Origin: Bdellovibrionales bacterium
GTDB taxonomy: Bacteria; Bdellovibrionota; Bdellovibrionia; Bdellovibrionales; UBA1609
Assembly (NCBI GenBank): GCA_027317865.1
Contig: DAHVQG010000001.1
Coordinates: 256,001 to 320,000 of the forward strand
DNA: 64,000 nt
Direction of reading: 5' to 3'
In this document: positions 38,487 through 48,697 of the stretch, piece after piece
How positions within the stretch are numbered: the stretch's first letter is position 1
Layout: every line of letters begins with the position of its first letter
The notes under the pieces: generated by a model
The model's database searches: none
Told to the model about the DNA's origin: nothing
What the model saw: the letters and a program-made list of their open reading frames with translations, nothing else
Made by a program: the position numbers and the translations under genes

Positions 38487-38986
38487 CAAAAATGGAACGG
38501 AGGTCCCTGAGACAGAGCGCAGCGAGGTAATGACGGATAAGGCCGATCTATAGGGGCACCTTAAATTTAATGGTCTCAGTCAGACTTTATTAAGTTTTAA
38601 AATTCGAGGCTTTCCAAATCCAAGTTGGATTAGTCGGTTCTCTGACGCGTCGTAATTTACATTTACAGGAAGCTTGTCGAGAGCTCGATTCTGATCTGTA
38701 GCTAGCCATGAAATTCGCTCTCCATGTGAGAGCCGGGGTAACTTGCCATCCAGAGCCCAATAAATAAGAATCGCAGCTCAGGATCATATTTTCTCGTATG
38801 TGATAAAGCGACTATAAGCTCATATGTCCATGTGGCAAAACCCTCAAATATGGAAAAGGATGTCCAAGAAATGCTCTTAAAAATTGGTCGCTGATGCGAG
38901 AACCACGCTTCACCTTTAAGCAATCGAACCAAGCACGTGAGGCGAAGGGCAATTTTCTGGCCTGTGCATTGCAGGAACACATGTTC

Positions 38987-39562
38987 ATGGATCTTCTCAC
39001 GAAGAGTGTATTTGCGATTTTTCAAGGGCAAAATGAGGCCCGATTGGCGGTTGAAAACCTCGAACGCGCAGGATTCCCTCGTTCAAACATCTCGGTCTTA
39101 GGCGCCGACCGTTTTAAATTTATTTCTGCGGACGCAAAGTTTGAGCTGCATACTTATCTTCTGAGAGGAGTGAAAATCGGTGTTATCTTAGGATCCAGTT
39201 TCGGTTTGGTATTTGGATTTATTGTATATTATCTAGCTTCACCAGCCGTTGTTAATATTCATCCTATTTTTTTGTTACTATTTTTCGGGTTTTTTGGCGC
39301 GCTCATTGGGACGGGCATTGGGGCTCTTATTGGTAGTGGTGTTCCTGAAACGCGATACAAGCGTTATGCACGATATTTGGGTGAGGGAGGGAGTTTGATC
39401 GCTGTCCACTATCAGGACAATTCGCAGAAAGATCGCGCTTTGCAAATACTCGCCTCGGCGGGCGGCTTTGAATTTACCTCTGACTTCGAGGGAGATACAA
39501 TCCGCCGCATTGCCTACTACTGGAATCAGCTCTCGTCGGCCGCTGGGAAACAGAGTACATAA
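38987..39562 (+). CDS. General-stress-protein-like membrane protein (DUF3341/YflT-like)
   Basis: VFAIF...AVENLERAGF..SNISVL, Gly-rich TMs, GVPE...Y...L.EGG.LIAVH; start uncertain (38981/38987). Confidence 0.7.
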   Translation: MDLLTKSVFAIFQGQNEARLAVENLERAGFPRSNISVLGADRFKFISADAKFELHTYLLRGVKIGVILGSSFGLVFGFIVYYLASPAVVNIHPIFLLLFFGFFGALIGTGIGALIGSGVPETRYKRYARYLGEGGSLIAVHYQDNSQKDRALQILASAGGFEFTSDFEGDTIRRIAYYWNQLSSAAGKQST

Positions 39563-39791
39563 TCGCATTCGAGAAATTAGATTAAATAATCTTTGTATCC
39601 CAAGTCGTCTGAGATCAATACAAATTCTGTCTAATCAGCGGTGGTCGAACTCGCAAATTGTCATCTCGTGTACAAAATCTCTTCGCATGAGAGGTGACCG
39701 ATTATATTGCGTAAAACAAAAATGAATGTTAACCTTGCTGTAAGTGCAGCTTTATTCGAGGGGTGTAACGTTTGTAGCCTGAAAGGCAATT

Positions 39792-40235
39792 ATGGGAGCA
39801 CCCCGCAAATTTATTAGCCCTCCGCCAAATGGGGCCGATCCAAGCTCTTCTAAAATTTTAGCAGTTCTCCTAGTAGACGATACTATCGACCATTTAACTC
39901 TAAATAAGGCTATCCTTGAAAGTGAACGCTACAAAGTTTTTACGGCCCCAAGCGGCCGCACAGCGCTCGGCATACTGTCGGAAATCGCTCAACCAGACTT
40001 AATACTTCTTGATATGCAAATGGCTGAAATGTCAGGTTTAGAGTTCATAACCGAACTTGAGAACACACGCCCCAGTATTTTAAAAAATGTTCCAATTGTT
40101 TTTCTTACCGGGATGAATGAGGTGCCTGAAAGCAAAGCAACTGGAGTCATTAAAAAGCCGGTGGACATCGAAAACCTTTTAGTTTCAGTTCGCCGATTCA
40201 TCGAACAGGGTCCGAAGCACCAAAACTCGCATTGA
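39792..40235 (+). CDS. Single-domain response regulator
   Basis: LLVDD, PDLILLDMQM, FLTG, KKP. Confidence 0.9.
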   Translation: MGAPRKFISPPPNGADPSSSKILAVLLVDDTIDHLTLNKAILESERYKVFTAPSGRTALGILSEIAQPDLILLDMQMAEMSGLEFITELENTRPSILKNVPIVFLTGMNEVPESKATGVIKKPVDIENLLVSVRRFIEQGPKHQNSH

Positions 40236-40271
40236 TTGAGATCAGTCCGTCAAAACTTTAAGGCCCCCAGA

Positions 40272-43200
40272 ATGAGCAAGAGTAAGAAATCAAAGCAACA
40301 ACGCAGACGAATTCCTATTGTTGGCATCGGCGCTTCGGCGGGCGGACTTGCCGCCATTATCGAAGTACTTCACTCTTTGCCACGGGACTCGAACGTTGCA
40401 ATCGTACTCATCCAGCATCTTGCTCGTGACCACGAAAGTCTTGGGCCCGAGATCTTATCGCGTAACACCAAGATACCTGTGCTCGTAGCTGAAAATAATA
40501 TGATGGTTGAAGTAAACCATGTGTATTTGATTCCACCAAATTTCGAAATGACCCTGTTACGCGGTAGATTGAAATTAAACCCGCTAGAAAAGAAACGTAT
40601 AGGCCACCAATTGGTGATCGATTCGTTTTTTCGATCGCTTGCAAATGATCAAAAGCAGCTCGCAATTGGAGTTGTCTTATCCGGAACCGCGACAGACGGA
40701 ACTCAAGGACTTCAGGCAATAAAATCCGTCGGCGGACTGACAATAGTCCAAGACCCCAACACGGCCGAATATCGCGGAATGCCTGAAAGCGCGATCGCTT
40801 CAGCGGCTGTCGACTTAGTTTTATCCCCACAAAAAATTGCTAGCGAGTTGGTTAGATTTGCGAAAAAACCTCATAAGAAACGTATAGACGGCGCCACAGA
40901 TTCACCCGAAGGCAGGGCACTACAAACAATATATTCGGTGTTAAAATCACAGATGCATATTGATTTTGCCGATTATAAACAATCGACCTTAGTCAGGCGC
41001 ATTAAACGGCGAATGATGACGAAGCGACATCGTGACTTTGCTGCCTATGCTAAATTTTTAAGAAAAAATCCCAAAGAGGTTAAAGATCTCTACGCCGACA
41101 TTTTCATTCATGTGACCCAGTTTTTTCGCGATCCGAAGTCGTTTGAAAAGCTTCGAACCGTCGTCTTTCCGCAAGTTGTAAAAAACAAGAGTGCAACAAA
41201 AGCGGTACGAATTTGGGTTCCGGGTTGTTCGACAGGCGAAGAAGTTTATTCAATTGCAATTATGCTGATAGAATTTTTAACCCGTACTAAACTTTCAATT
41301 CCGATTCAGATATTTGCGACGGATATCAGTGAACCCGCAATACGAAAGGCAAGATTGGGGGAATATTCGAGTGATATAGAACATTCAGTTAGCAAAGACC
41401 GGCTTCGAAAGTTTTTCGAAAAGACCGAAAAAGGCTATCAGGTCAATCAGACCCTGCGCGACATGTGTCTGTTTACAAAACATGACGTATCTGTTGATCC
41501 GCCATTTTCAAAGCTCGATCTCATTTCTTGCCGCAACGTTTTGATTTATTTTGCGACCGACTTACAAAAACGGGTTATACCTCTGTTTCACTACGCATTG
41601 AATCCGAACGGGTTTCTATTTTTGGGTGGCTCTGAAAGTCTGGGGAGATATTCAAACCTCTTCACCCCTGCCGACAAAGCTTCAAAGCTCTATATGAAAA
41701 AAAACGTACCAACACCTGCCCTGCATCAAGCTCTGTTGGCCATAGGCGAAAAAGCGGTGCGTATACCGCGCTTACCATTTGCGAAAATGGCCCGCGCTAG
41801 TGATAACCAAAGATACGCCGACAAGATCGCGATATCGAGGTATGCCCCGCCCTCGGTTACGGTTAGTTCTGACTTGGAGATTCTGCAGTTTCAAGGACGA
41901 ACCGCCCCATATCTCGAACCGAACACTGGCCCGCCAACCAATAATCTATTCAAGATGGTTCGCCCCGAACTTCTGCACAACCTTCGCTCTGCCGTTCATT
42001 CGGCCATCAAAAGAAATAGGTCTGTTCGATTAGCGAATTTATCGGTCGAATTCGAGGGCGATCGCAAATATCTCAATATTGAGGTGGTACCAGCAAACCC
42101 GGCGGCTCCCCCAAAGCTTCGTAATTATGTGATCTTTTTCGAGGATGAAACCCTCCAACACGTTAAAGTTAAGGACAGCCAAAAAAGACGTCCCGCGAGA
42201 AAAACAATTCGTGAGAGCCGTAAAGACCGCATCGACCAATTGGAACAACAGCTGTTTGATAGTCGGCGCGCAAATAGTGATTTAGCCAAAGAGTTCGAGA
42301 CAGTTCAAGAAGAGCTGACTGATCTGAACGAAGAGTTACAAAGCACGAATGAAGATTTGCAAAGTACGAATGAAGAGGTTGAGACGTCCAAAGAAGAACT
42401 GCAATCATCTAATGAAGAACTGACCACAATCAATGATGAGCTGCAAAGTCGAAACGCCGATTTAGTGCTGCTCAGTAGTGACCTGAACAACGTTCTGAAC
42501 AGTGTTGAGATACCGATTGTCATTGTCGGCAAATCGTGTCGAATTCGACGCTTTACGCCGCCCGCGCAATTTTTATTTAACTTAATTCCTGGCGACATCG
42601 GTCGGCCGCTCAGTGACATTAATCGTAGTTTCGATCTCAATTTAGAAGCTCTCGTAAAAAAGGCCATGAAGGCTCGTAGCCAACAAGAATGCGAGATTCA
42701 AATCCGGTCGGGCAAGTGGATGCGCCTTCAAGTTCGCCCAATTAAAACCGTTGAAAATCGGGTTGATGGCGCGGTTATTTCATTGATTGATATCACATTT
42801 CTAAAAGAAAATCTTATCGAAAGCCAATCGGCCCTAGAATATGCCAAAGCCGTTGCTGATACGCTTCCGCTACCTTTGCTTGTTATTGACGAAAATCTTC
42901 ACTTATTGTCGGCAAATAAGAGCTTCGAAAAATTATTCAAAATAGATCTAAGCAAAAACACCGGAGTTAATATTGTAAGATTACTAGGTCAGTATTCTGA
43001 TAAACTCAAAAGTATCAAAAAGCATCTCAACGATGTGATTCACAAGAACCGCGAATTTACCGGTCACGAAGTCTCGATCGAGGTGCCTGGTTTAGGAAAT
43101 CGACAGTTCTCGCTCACCGCAAATTTAATTAGATGGCGAACGTCGATGCCGAGAGCTCTTCTGTTGTCGATTGAAGACGTTACGGAACGCAATCGCTTGT

Positions 43201-44441
43201 TAAAAAATGAAAAAAAGGCTCGCGCGCTGGCCGATCAGGCTCTAAGGGATGCGAAGCTCGCCAGTGAAACCAAAGATCTTTTTCTCGCGACCTTATCTCA
43301 TGAATTGAGAACACCGCTATCTTCCATTTTGTCTTGGGCTCAATTAATTCAAAGATCGGATTTAGATCCTGAGAAGCTAAAGCACGGACTTGAAACAATT
43401 GAACGGTCGGCGAAAGCTCAAGGTCAATTGATCGAAGATCTTCTCGATATTGCACGAATTCAATCGGGTAAACTCAAGATGAACTTTAAAGACGTCAATC
43501 CATTTGAGCCGGTTAACTCCACTATTACGGCTCTACGCCCAGTAGCGGAAAAAGCCGGTATCAAGATTAATTTTGAATCAAATCTGAAATCAGAGATAAT
43601 TTCGGGCGCCCCAGAACGCATTCAACAAATGGTATGGAATCTTCTCAGCAACGCGATTAAATTTTCGCCGGGCGGCTCTACAATTGATGTCGCTCTTGGC
43701 GTCAGTTATGAAGGCACCAGAAAATTCGTTTCGATTAAAGTGATCGATCATGGCAAGGGCATAAAACCTGATTTTTTGCCTAGGCTTTTTGAACGATTTT
43801 CGCAGGCCGATAACAGTTCCATTCGATTGCATGGCGGACTGGGATTGGGATTGGCGCTTGTTCGCGAGCTATCGGAGCTTCAAGGCGGTAAAGTGAGAGC
43901 CGAAAGTGCCGGACTGAATCAAGGTGCGACTTTCACGATCCTTCTGCCGGTGAAATCAACGGTTGCGAGCAGTTCGGGCAATATTGCACCTGATGACAAA
44001 GATTCTATCGAGCCAAGCATACCTCCGAGCCTCTCTGGCATCTGCGTGATGGTTGTCGAAGACGACGTCAACACGTTAGATGCGTTAACAGAAACGCTGA
44101 TTTCATTTGGTGCAAAAGTTATTCAACATTCAAACGCTCCGGCAGCGCTTAACGATTTTCCGATAAGCAAACCAGACTTACTGGTGAGTGATATCGGACT
44201 ACCTGGTGAGGACGGTTATAGTCTTATTCGCAAAATTCGAAGCCTTAAACCTGAACAAAATAACAATATCCCAGCGCTGGCTCTGACCGCTTACGCGAAA
44301 CAGGTCGACATCAATCGCGCTCTAGATGCTGGTTTTGATGATCATATGTCTAAGCCATTTGATACTCACAAACTCGGCAATGCCATTGCAAAACTCGCTC
44401 GATCATTACCACGCTTAAAAAGCGCAGTCGACATTCCTTAA
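40272..44441 (+). CDS. CheB-CheR fusion hybrid sensor histidine kinase/response regulator with PAS domains
   Basis: CheB GASAGG/QH/DG; CheR VTQFFRD, PGCSTGEEVYS, CRNVLIYF; (EELQSTN)n coiled coil; SHELRTPL; GGLGLGL; receiver VSDIGLP; start ATG 40272. Confidence 0.93.
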   Translation: MSKSKKSKQQRRRIPIVGIGASAGGLAAIIEVLHSLPRDSNVAIVLIQHLARDHESLGPEILSRNTKIPVLVAENNMMVEVNHVYLIPPNFEMTLLRGRLKLNPLEKKRIGHQLVIDSFFRSLANDQKQLAIGVVLSGTATDGTQGLQAIKSVGGLTIVQDPNTAEYRGMPESAIASAAVDLVLSPQKIASELVRFAKKPHKKRIDGATDSPEGRALQTIYSVLKSQMHIDFADYKQSTLVRRIKRRMMTKRHRDFAAYAKFLRKNPKEVKDLYADIFIHVTQFFRDPKSFEKLRTVVFPQVVKNKSATKAVRIWVPGCSTGEEVYSIAIMLIEFLTRTKLSIPIQIFATDISEPAIRKARLGEYSSDIEHSVSKDRLRKFFEKTEKGYQVNQTLRDMCLFTKHDVSVDPPFSKLDLISCRNVLIYFATDLQKRVIPLFHYALNPNGFLFLGGSESLGRYSNLFTPADKASKLYMKKNVPTPALHQALLAIGEKAVRIPRLPFAKMARASDNQRYADKIAISRYAPPSVTVSSDLEILQFQGRTAPYLEPNTGPPTNNLFKMVRPELLHNLRSAVHSAIKRNRSVRLANLSVEFEGDRKYLNIEVVPANPAAPPKLRNYVIFFEDETLQHVKVKDSQKRRPARKTIRESRKDRIDQLEQQLFDSRRANSDLAKEFETVQEELTDLNEELQSTNEDLQSTNEEVETSKEELQSSNEELTTINDELQSRNADLVLLSSDLNNVLNSVEIPIVIVGKSCRIRRFTPPAQFLFNLIPGDIGRPLSDINRSFDLNLEALVKKAMKARSQQECEIQIRSGKWMRLQVRPIKTVENRVDGAVISLIDITFLKENLIESQSALEYAKAVADTLPLPLLVIDENLHLLSANKSFEKLFKIDLSKNTGVNIVRLLGQYSDKLKSIKKHLNDVIHKNREFTGHEVSIEVPGLGNRQFSLTANLIRWRTSMPRALLLSIEDVTERNRLLKNEKKARALADQALRDAKLASETKDLFLATLSHELRTPLSSILSWAQLIQRSDLDPEKLKHGLETIERSAKAQGQLIEDLLDIARIQSGKLKMNFKDVNPFEPVNSTITALRPVAEKAGIKINFESNLKSEIISGAPERIQQMVWNLLSNAIKFSPGGSTIDVALGVSYEGTRKFVSIKVIDHGKGIKPDFLPRLFERFSQADNSSIRLHGGLGLGLALVRELSELQGGKVRAESAGLNQGATFTILLPVKSTVASSSGNIAPDDKDSIEPSIPPSLSGICVMVVEDDVNTLDALTETLISFGAKVIQHSNAPAALNDFPISKPDLLVSDIGLPGEDGYSLIRKIRSLKPEQNNNIPALALTAYAKQVDINRALDAGFDDHMSKPFDTHKLGNAIAKLARSLPRLKSAVDIP

Positions 44442-44523
44442 TTGCTGCCCGGGCGCTGCCGTTAAGAAACGCGCTTGTGGGGCCTCCGAGAGCGAGATAC
44501 TTGCCAACTACGCCGAATCGATT

Positions 44524-44543
44524 TTTTGCCACACTTTTGCCAC
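44524..44543. repeat. Integrase arm-type repeat copy 3 (inverted)
   Basis: TTTTGCCACACTTTTGCCAC about 125 bp before the tRNA fragment. Confidence 0.7.
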
Positions 44544-44667
44544 GAAATGGGCTCAAAAGTGCTCAACTCGGATAAAATTCGATAAACTCTAGACAACGTG
44601 GGTAAGCTCTCGTGGTTATTTGTTTTTTGCCGCTAACTCAACTACTTATGTTTACTCGCTTCGCCAG

Positions 44668-44712
44668 TTCGTAATGCGTAGGTCGCCGGTTCGATTCCGG
44701 CCGTCGGCTCCA
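44668..44712 (+). mobile_element. att site: 3' half of tRNA-Thr(CGT)
   Basis: TTCGTAATGCGTAGGTCGCCGGTTCGATTCCGGCCGTCGGCTCCA = anticodon loop, T-arm, acceptor 3' strand and CCA; the 5' half (acceptor 5' strand, D-arm) is absent upstream. Confidence 0.85.
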
Positions 44713-44889
44713 CAAAATCACAGTTAGATTTCGCCCGTCTCACGCAAAGCTAGAAAAGTTCAAACGCAACAAGTAGTTGAAATTACTGGGGGCCGATTTC
44801 GTTCCTTTTCGCAAACAACAGCCAAGAACAGCGCAAACCAGTCACGTTCCCTGCTGATATGTAGTGCTCCCCGGATTTCAACACTAATT

Positions 44890-45711
44890 TTACGCAATTT
44901 TTTGGATGGTTTGCCTCCTTTCGTAGTACTGAACGGGCGTTAAATAGTTTAACGACTGATGGGGCCGGTCGTTGTTGTACTTTGAGATCCATTCGTCGAC
45001 CGCGGCCTTGGCTTCGACAAAGTTTTCGAAGCGATGTTGCCAGACGCATTCTTCTTTGAGTGATCTAAAGAACCTCTCGACAACGGCGTTGCCTTTTGGC
45101 GTGTTAACCATCGTTCGCGTGTGATTGATTCCAAGGCGCCTAATTTCATCTTTGAAGATCCTCGCGCCGTAGTGGCAACCATTATCAGAGCGAAGCTCAA
45201 GACTCTCTACGGGCCTTGCGCTTGCCGCTTCAGCCAGTGCCATCACACCACCAAGAGCCGAGCAGCTTTGACTGAAGTGATATCCAAGTAAATTTTTATC
45301 ATGGTGGTCGATGACCGCATGAAGGTAGCACCAGGCATCTTTGCCGCACCAAATGTAGGTCATGTCGATTCCCCACAGTACATTCGATCGTTCGGCTTGT
45401 GTTTTGTGTGCAAACGGCACACCCTTAAACATTTTCTTGTGCGAGTGCGATGGTGGCATCAGCAATCCCTTTTGTCGCATGATCCTGTAGACGCGTTTTC
45501 GACTGATCGTTAAGCCGTATTTCGCTCTTAAAACAGCCGTGACTCGACGATAACCGTAAACCGGTAATTCTCGTGCGATCTCTTCAATATTTTTTAGCAC
45601 TTGTTCGTCGCTTTTCATTTTTTTATTTCTCCGTTTCTTTTTTATTTTGTTTTTCAGAATAAAATAAACCCTTTGGCGTGAGAGCCCGAGTGCCTGAGCA
45701 AGGGTTCGCAC
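44890..45711 (-). CDS. IS3-family transposase OrfB (DDE integrase core)
   Basis: YGYRRV, WGIDMTY, LRSDNGCHY, NAVVERFFRSLKEE, YNNDRPHQSLNY. Confidence 0.93.
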   Translation of the reverse strand: MRTLAQALGLSRQRVYFILKNKIKKKRRNKKMKSDEQVLKNIEEIARELPVYGYRRVTAVLRAKYGLTISRKRVYRIMRQKGLLMPPSHSHKKMFKGVPFAHKTQAERSNVLWGIDMTYIWCGKDAWCYLHAVIDHHDKNLLGYHFSQSCSALGGVMALAEAASARPVESLELRSDNGCHYGARIFKDEIRRLGINHTRTMVNTPKGNAVVERFFRSLKEECVWQHRFENFVEAKAAVDEWISKYNNDRPHQSLNYLTPVQYYERRQTIQKIA

Positions 45712-45757
45712 GTCATACTGATCTCGATATTTTTCGATGATCTGGCGGGTTTTAGAT

Positions 45758-46129
45758 TTACTCGTCGCTGATTTTTTTTAAGAGCTCTTTTTCAAGAGTC
45801 AGCTCACCAATGCAACGTTCGAGAACTCGAATTTTTTTCTCGAGTTCACCTTCGCGTTGGGTTTTGCCACCGTTGGCCATGAGCCCTTCTTTGCCCGAAG
45901 CCAAAAACTTCTCTCGCCACTCGTAATAGAGCGACGGGGTCACATTATTAAGCTTACAAAGAGTCGTAACTGGCACTTTGCCGTGCATTCCATTAAGTAC
46001 CAGTTGAACCTTTTCATCAGCTCGCCAGTAGTCTTCTAGTTGCCTCTTAACTACATAGCTTGAATAGTCGGGGGTATTAGCCATTTGCTGCTCCATAAGA
46101 TACTCCATATCTAACATAAGTTGGGTCAA
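45758..46129 (-). CDS. IS3-family transposase OrfA (HTH + leucine zipper)
   Basis: EKVQLVL...LCKLNNVTPSLYYEWREKF...LERCIGELTLEKELLKK; true start probably a downstream ATG. Confidence 0.85.
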   Translation of the reverse strand: MTQLMLDMEYLMEQQMANTPDYSSYVVKRQLEDYWRADEKVQLVLNGMHGKVPVTTLCKLNNVTPSLYYEWREKFLASGKEGLMANGGKTQREGELEKKIRVLERCIGELTLEKELLKKISDE

Positions 46130-46195
46130 GGGTTCGCAATATTGCTGACAGACTCTCCGGATGATACTGTCAACGACTTATCGGGGAGCAGTATA

Positions 46196-47226
46196 AAAAC
46201 CTGACTTAAGTTAATCTTTCGTTTGTTGAAGCAAATACGTCCACAGCAGGTGACTGTGATTGTCTTGTCGTGCATTGGGTATTCGACGTTTGGCAGGCCG
46301 TTGTATTTGCGATTTGAAGTTGTGTAGTGATCAGCTGGGCACTTCATCTCAAGTGCCTGGTGTGGACGTTCGTGGTTAAACTCTTGTTTAAAGGCATCGA
46401 ACTTTTCTTGCTGCTGTAAAAGGTTTTGTCCCGGTGGTCTGGTGGTTTCTTTTTTGAGTGTTAAATGCATGCGCTCATGCCGGCCGTTTTGTTCGGGGTG
46501 ACCTGGTTTTATGCGCTCGATTTCGATGCCAAGGCGAAGCCACCAGACCGATAGTTTGCTTAAACCAAAGATCGAATGAGCGCTGGCAAACGGTACTCCG
46601 TTGTCTGTTCGTATCGCCTTTGGCAACCCATACTCTTTGAAGGTATTTTCAAAAACTGTGAACGCAAATTGTTCTTTTGTTGTCTCAAGCGCTTCGCAAC
46701 AGATGAGATAGCGGCTGCTAAAATCAGTTATTGTCAGTGGGTAACAGTAGATCTTATTGCCCATCATAAACTCACCCTTGTAATCTGCGCACCAGAGATC
46801 ATTTGCCTGATTTGTGTAAGACAGTGCTGTACCTTCAGCCCTATACCGTCTGCGCTTTCGTTTTGTGACAAGACCGTGACGATCAAGCACCGCATGTACA
46901 GTACTTGTGGCAGGCACCGGAATTTCGGGGTACTTTTTAATTAAGCGCTCACGGATTTTTGGTGCTCCCCAATTTGGTTTGTCGTTTTTTAAATGCACAA
47001 TGAGATTTTCAACTTGAATCGGCAAACGATTGGCTAATTTGTAAGGTCGACGGCTACGATCAGACAGAGCCTGAAGCCCTGTTGCATGGTATCGACTCCA
47101 AATCTTGTATCCAGTTTTTCGAGAAATCCCGAACTCGCGGCACACTACCGCCATTTTCTCGCCATCTAGTAACCGAGCGACAAACTTCAGCTTTTCATCC
47201 ATGACACTTAGCTCCCTCCAAGGCAT
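46196..47226 (-). pseudogene. IS481-family transposase truncated at its C-terminus by the IS3 element
   Basis: MPWRELSVMDEKLKFV, WCADYKG, IRTDNGVPF, QNGRHERMH; homology ends at INLSQVF where the IS3 IR begins. Confidence 0.85.
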
Positions 47227-47303
47227 AAGGCTCCCCCCTATGCCAAAAAAGTGTAACCTATGTCTCCGGAATAAAGTGTTACCTATGTGTCGGGAAGCTC
47301 ACA
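46196..47303 (-). mobile_element. Partial IS481-family element (one end retained)
   Basis: End 5'-TGT (47303) with tandem subterminal repeats AAAGTGTAACCTATGTCTCCGGA / AAAGTGTTACCTATGTGTCGGGA. Confidence 0.8.
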
Positions 47304-47395
47304 CTACACGAACCAGCAGTATACTAATCGGATTTTCGTTGCGTGTAGTTCAGCGAATTTTGACTTAATTTATTCACTAGGTTAGTTGGAAGCAC

Positions 47396-47869
47396 ATGAA
47401 GTATTTGATGGTCCTACTTTTGTGTTCGGCAGTGAGCGCTTGTTCAACAAGCACAGAAACTCGTGAGGCGCCTCGAATGGCACTTACAGCTCTAGATGCC
47501 GTTGCGGGGGGCAACGAAATTGTATTTAGTAAGCCCGGTGGCGTCGGTCCATACGACATAGACAACAAAACTCAAATTACGGTTCGAAGTCAAATTCCAA
47601 TGGATTTATCGTGCGTCTCATTAATGAACCATTTGGCCGTTGAGGTAATTGGCCCGTTGCCGACTTCGCATTTAGTCGCAACCGGAAAATTCAACAAAAT
47701 TGGCAAATCAACTCTAATTACCCTAGCCAAGCGCGGAACGTACGATTTGACCCTGATTGATTCAAAAGGGGATCGAAAAATTCAATCAATTGCGTTTAGA
47801 TCGACCATAGACGACGACCGCTTCAATCTTTATTTTCAGACTTGTACTAAGGCCCCGCGTCGTCGATAA
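47396..47869 (+). CDS. Hypothetical lipoprotein
   Basis: MKYLMVLLLCSAVSAC lipobox. Confidence 0.7.
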   Translation: MKYLMVLLLCSAVSACSTSTETREAPRMALTALDAVAGGNEIVFSKPGGVGPYDIDNKTQITVRSQIPMDLSCVSLMNHLAVEVIGPLPTSHLVATGKFNKIGKSTLITLAKRGTYDLTLIDSKGDRKIQSIAFRSTIDDDRFNLYFQTCTKAPRRR

Positions 47870-47873
47870 CCTC

Positions 47874-48659
47874 TCAGCCGAGTTCAATTGGGGCATTGTT
47901 TGTCGCGCACCATTCGCTCCACGAGCCAGGGTATAGTTCAGACGGCATTTCTAATTCGGCTGCTATTAGAAGTAAAACGGCTGCGGTCACGCCAGATCCA
48001 CAGTAGAAGACCGGATGTTCAAAATTCAGTAGAGTTCGTAACTCGTTTAAAGGCAGAAATTTTCCGTCATTCGACATTGCACGCTTATAGTACAAGTTCA
48101 CAGCGCCAGGGATGTGGCCCGCCTTCGGATCGATGGGCTCAACTTCACCGCGATATCGTTCGGGTGCCCTTGCGTCCACCAATTGACGCCCAAGAATCTG
48201 TTCTTTAGAAACAAAATTTATTAAAGGCGGGCGTTTGGTGAAGTTCTTTGCCTGAGGTTTTGTCGTTTCACCGCTTTCGATTGCCTTACCCGCTCGCCGC
48301 CAGGCCGACAAACCACCATTCAAAACATAAACTTTTTCGTGCCCCATCCAACGCAACAACATCCATAAACGAGCCGCGCCGGAATGGTCGGTATCATCGT
48401 AAGCAACTACCGGGGTGTCTTGATCAATGCCCAAGCGACAAAATAATCTGATAAGATCGGGCTCTGAGGGTAGCGGATGCCTTCCGTTTTGACCCGTTTT
48501 ACGGCCAGAAAGATCAGACTCCAAGTCAACAAAAGTCGCTCCCGGGATGTGCGCCTCTTTGTATAGATTCACTGCTAATTTTGGGTCGCTTAATCGAAAA
48601 CGAGCATCAATTAACCGCGCGTTGGGCGGAATATCTTCTATTTCAATTATATTTGTCAT
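47874..48659 (-). CDS. sseA: Tandem rhodanese sulfurtransferase (SseA/MST-like)
   Basis: HIPGA, GRHPLP, AARLW, YCGSGVTA, LYPGSWSEW. Confidence 0.92.
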   Translation of the reverse strand: MTNIIEIEDIPPNARLIDARFRLSDPKLAVNLYKEAHIPGATFVDLESDLSGRKTGQNGRHPLPSEPDLIRLFCRLGIDQDTPVVAYDDTDHSGAARLWMLLRWMGHEKVYVLNGGLSAWRRAGKAIESGETTKPQAKNFTKRPPLINFVSKEQILGRQLVDARAPERYRGEVEPIDPKAGHIPGAVNLYYKRAMSNDGKFLPLNELRTLLNFEHPVFYCGSGVTAAVLLLIAAELEMPSELYPGSWSEWCATNNAPIELG

Positions 48660-48697
48660 GTCGACAGTGTAGCTTCTTTAGGCTGGCAACGGTAGTT

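Larger units (their letters stand above)
44860..46195 (-). mobile_element. IS3-family insertion sequence
   Basis: Terminal IRs TGTAGTGCTCCCCG (44860) and CGGGGAGCAGTATA (to 46195); orfA + orfB transposase. Confidence 0.85.

Noticed and set aside
42300-42450. 21-nt periodic repeat
   Set aside because: Encodes the standard EELQSTN heptad coiled coil of CheB/CheR fusion kinases
44640-44712. Complete tRNA-Thr gene
   Set aside because: Only the anticodon loop to CCA is present; upstream sequence cannot form the acceptor stem or D-arm
46126-46195. C-terminal extension of the IS481 ORF in the track
   Set aside because: Read-through into the IS3 terminal sequence, not genuine IS481 coding sequence
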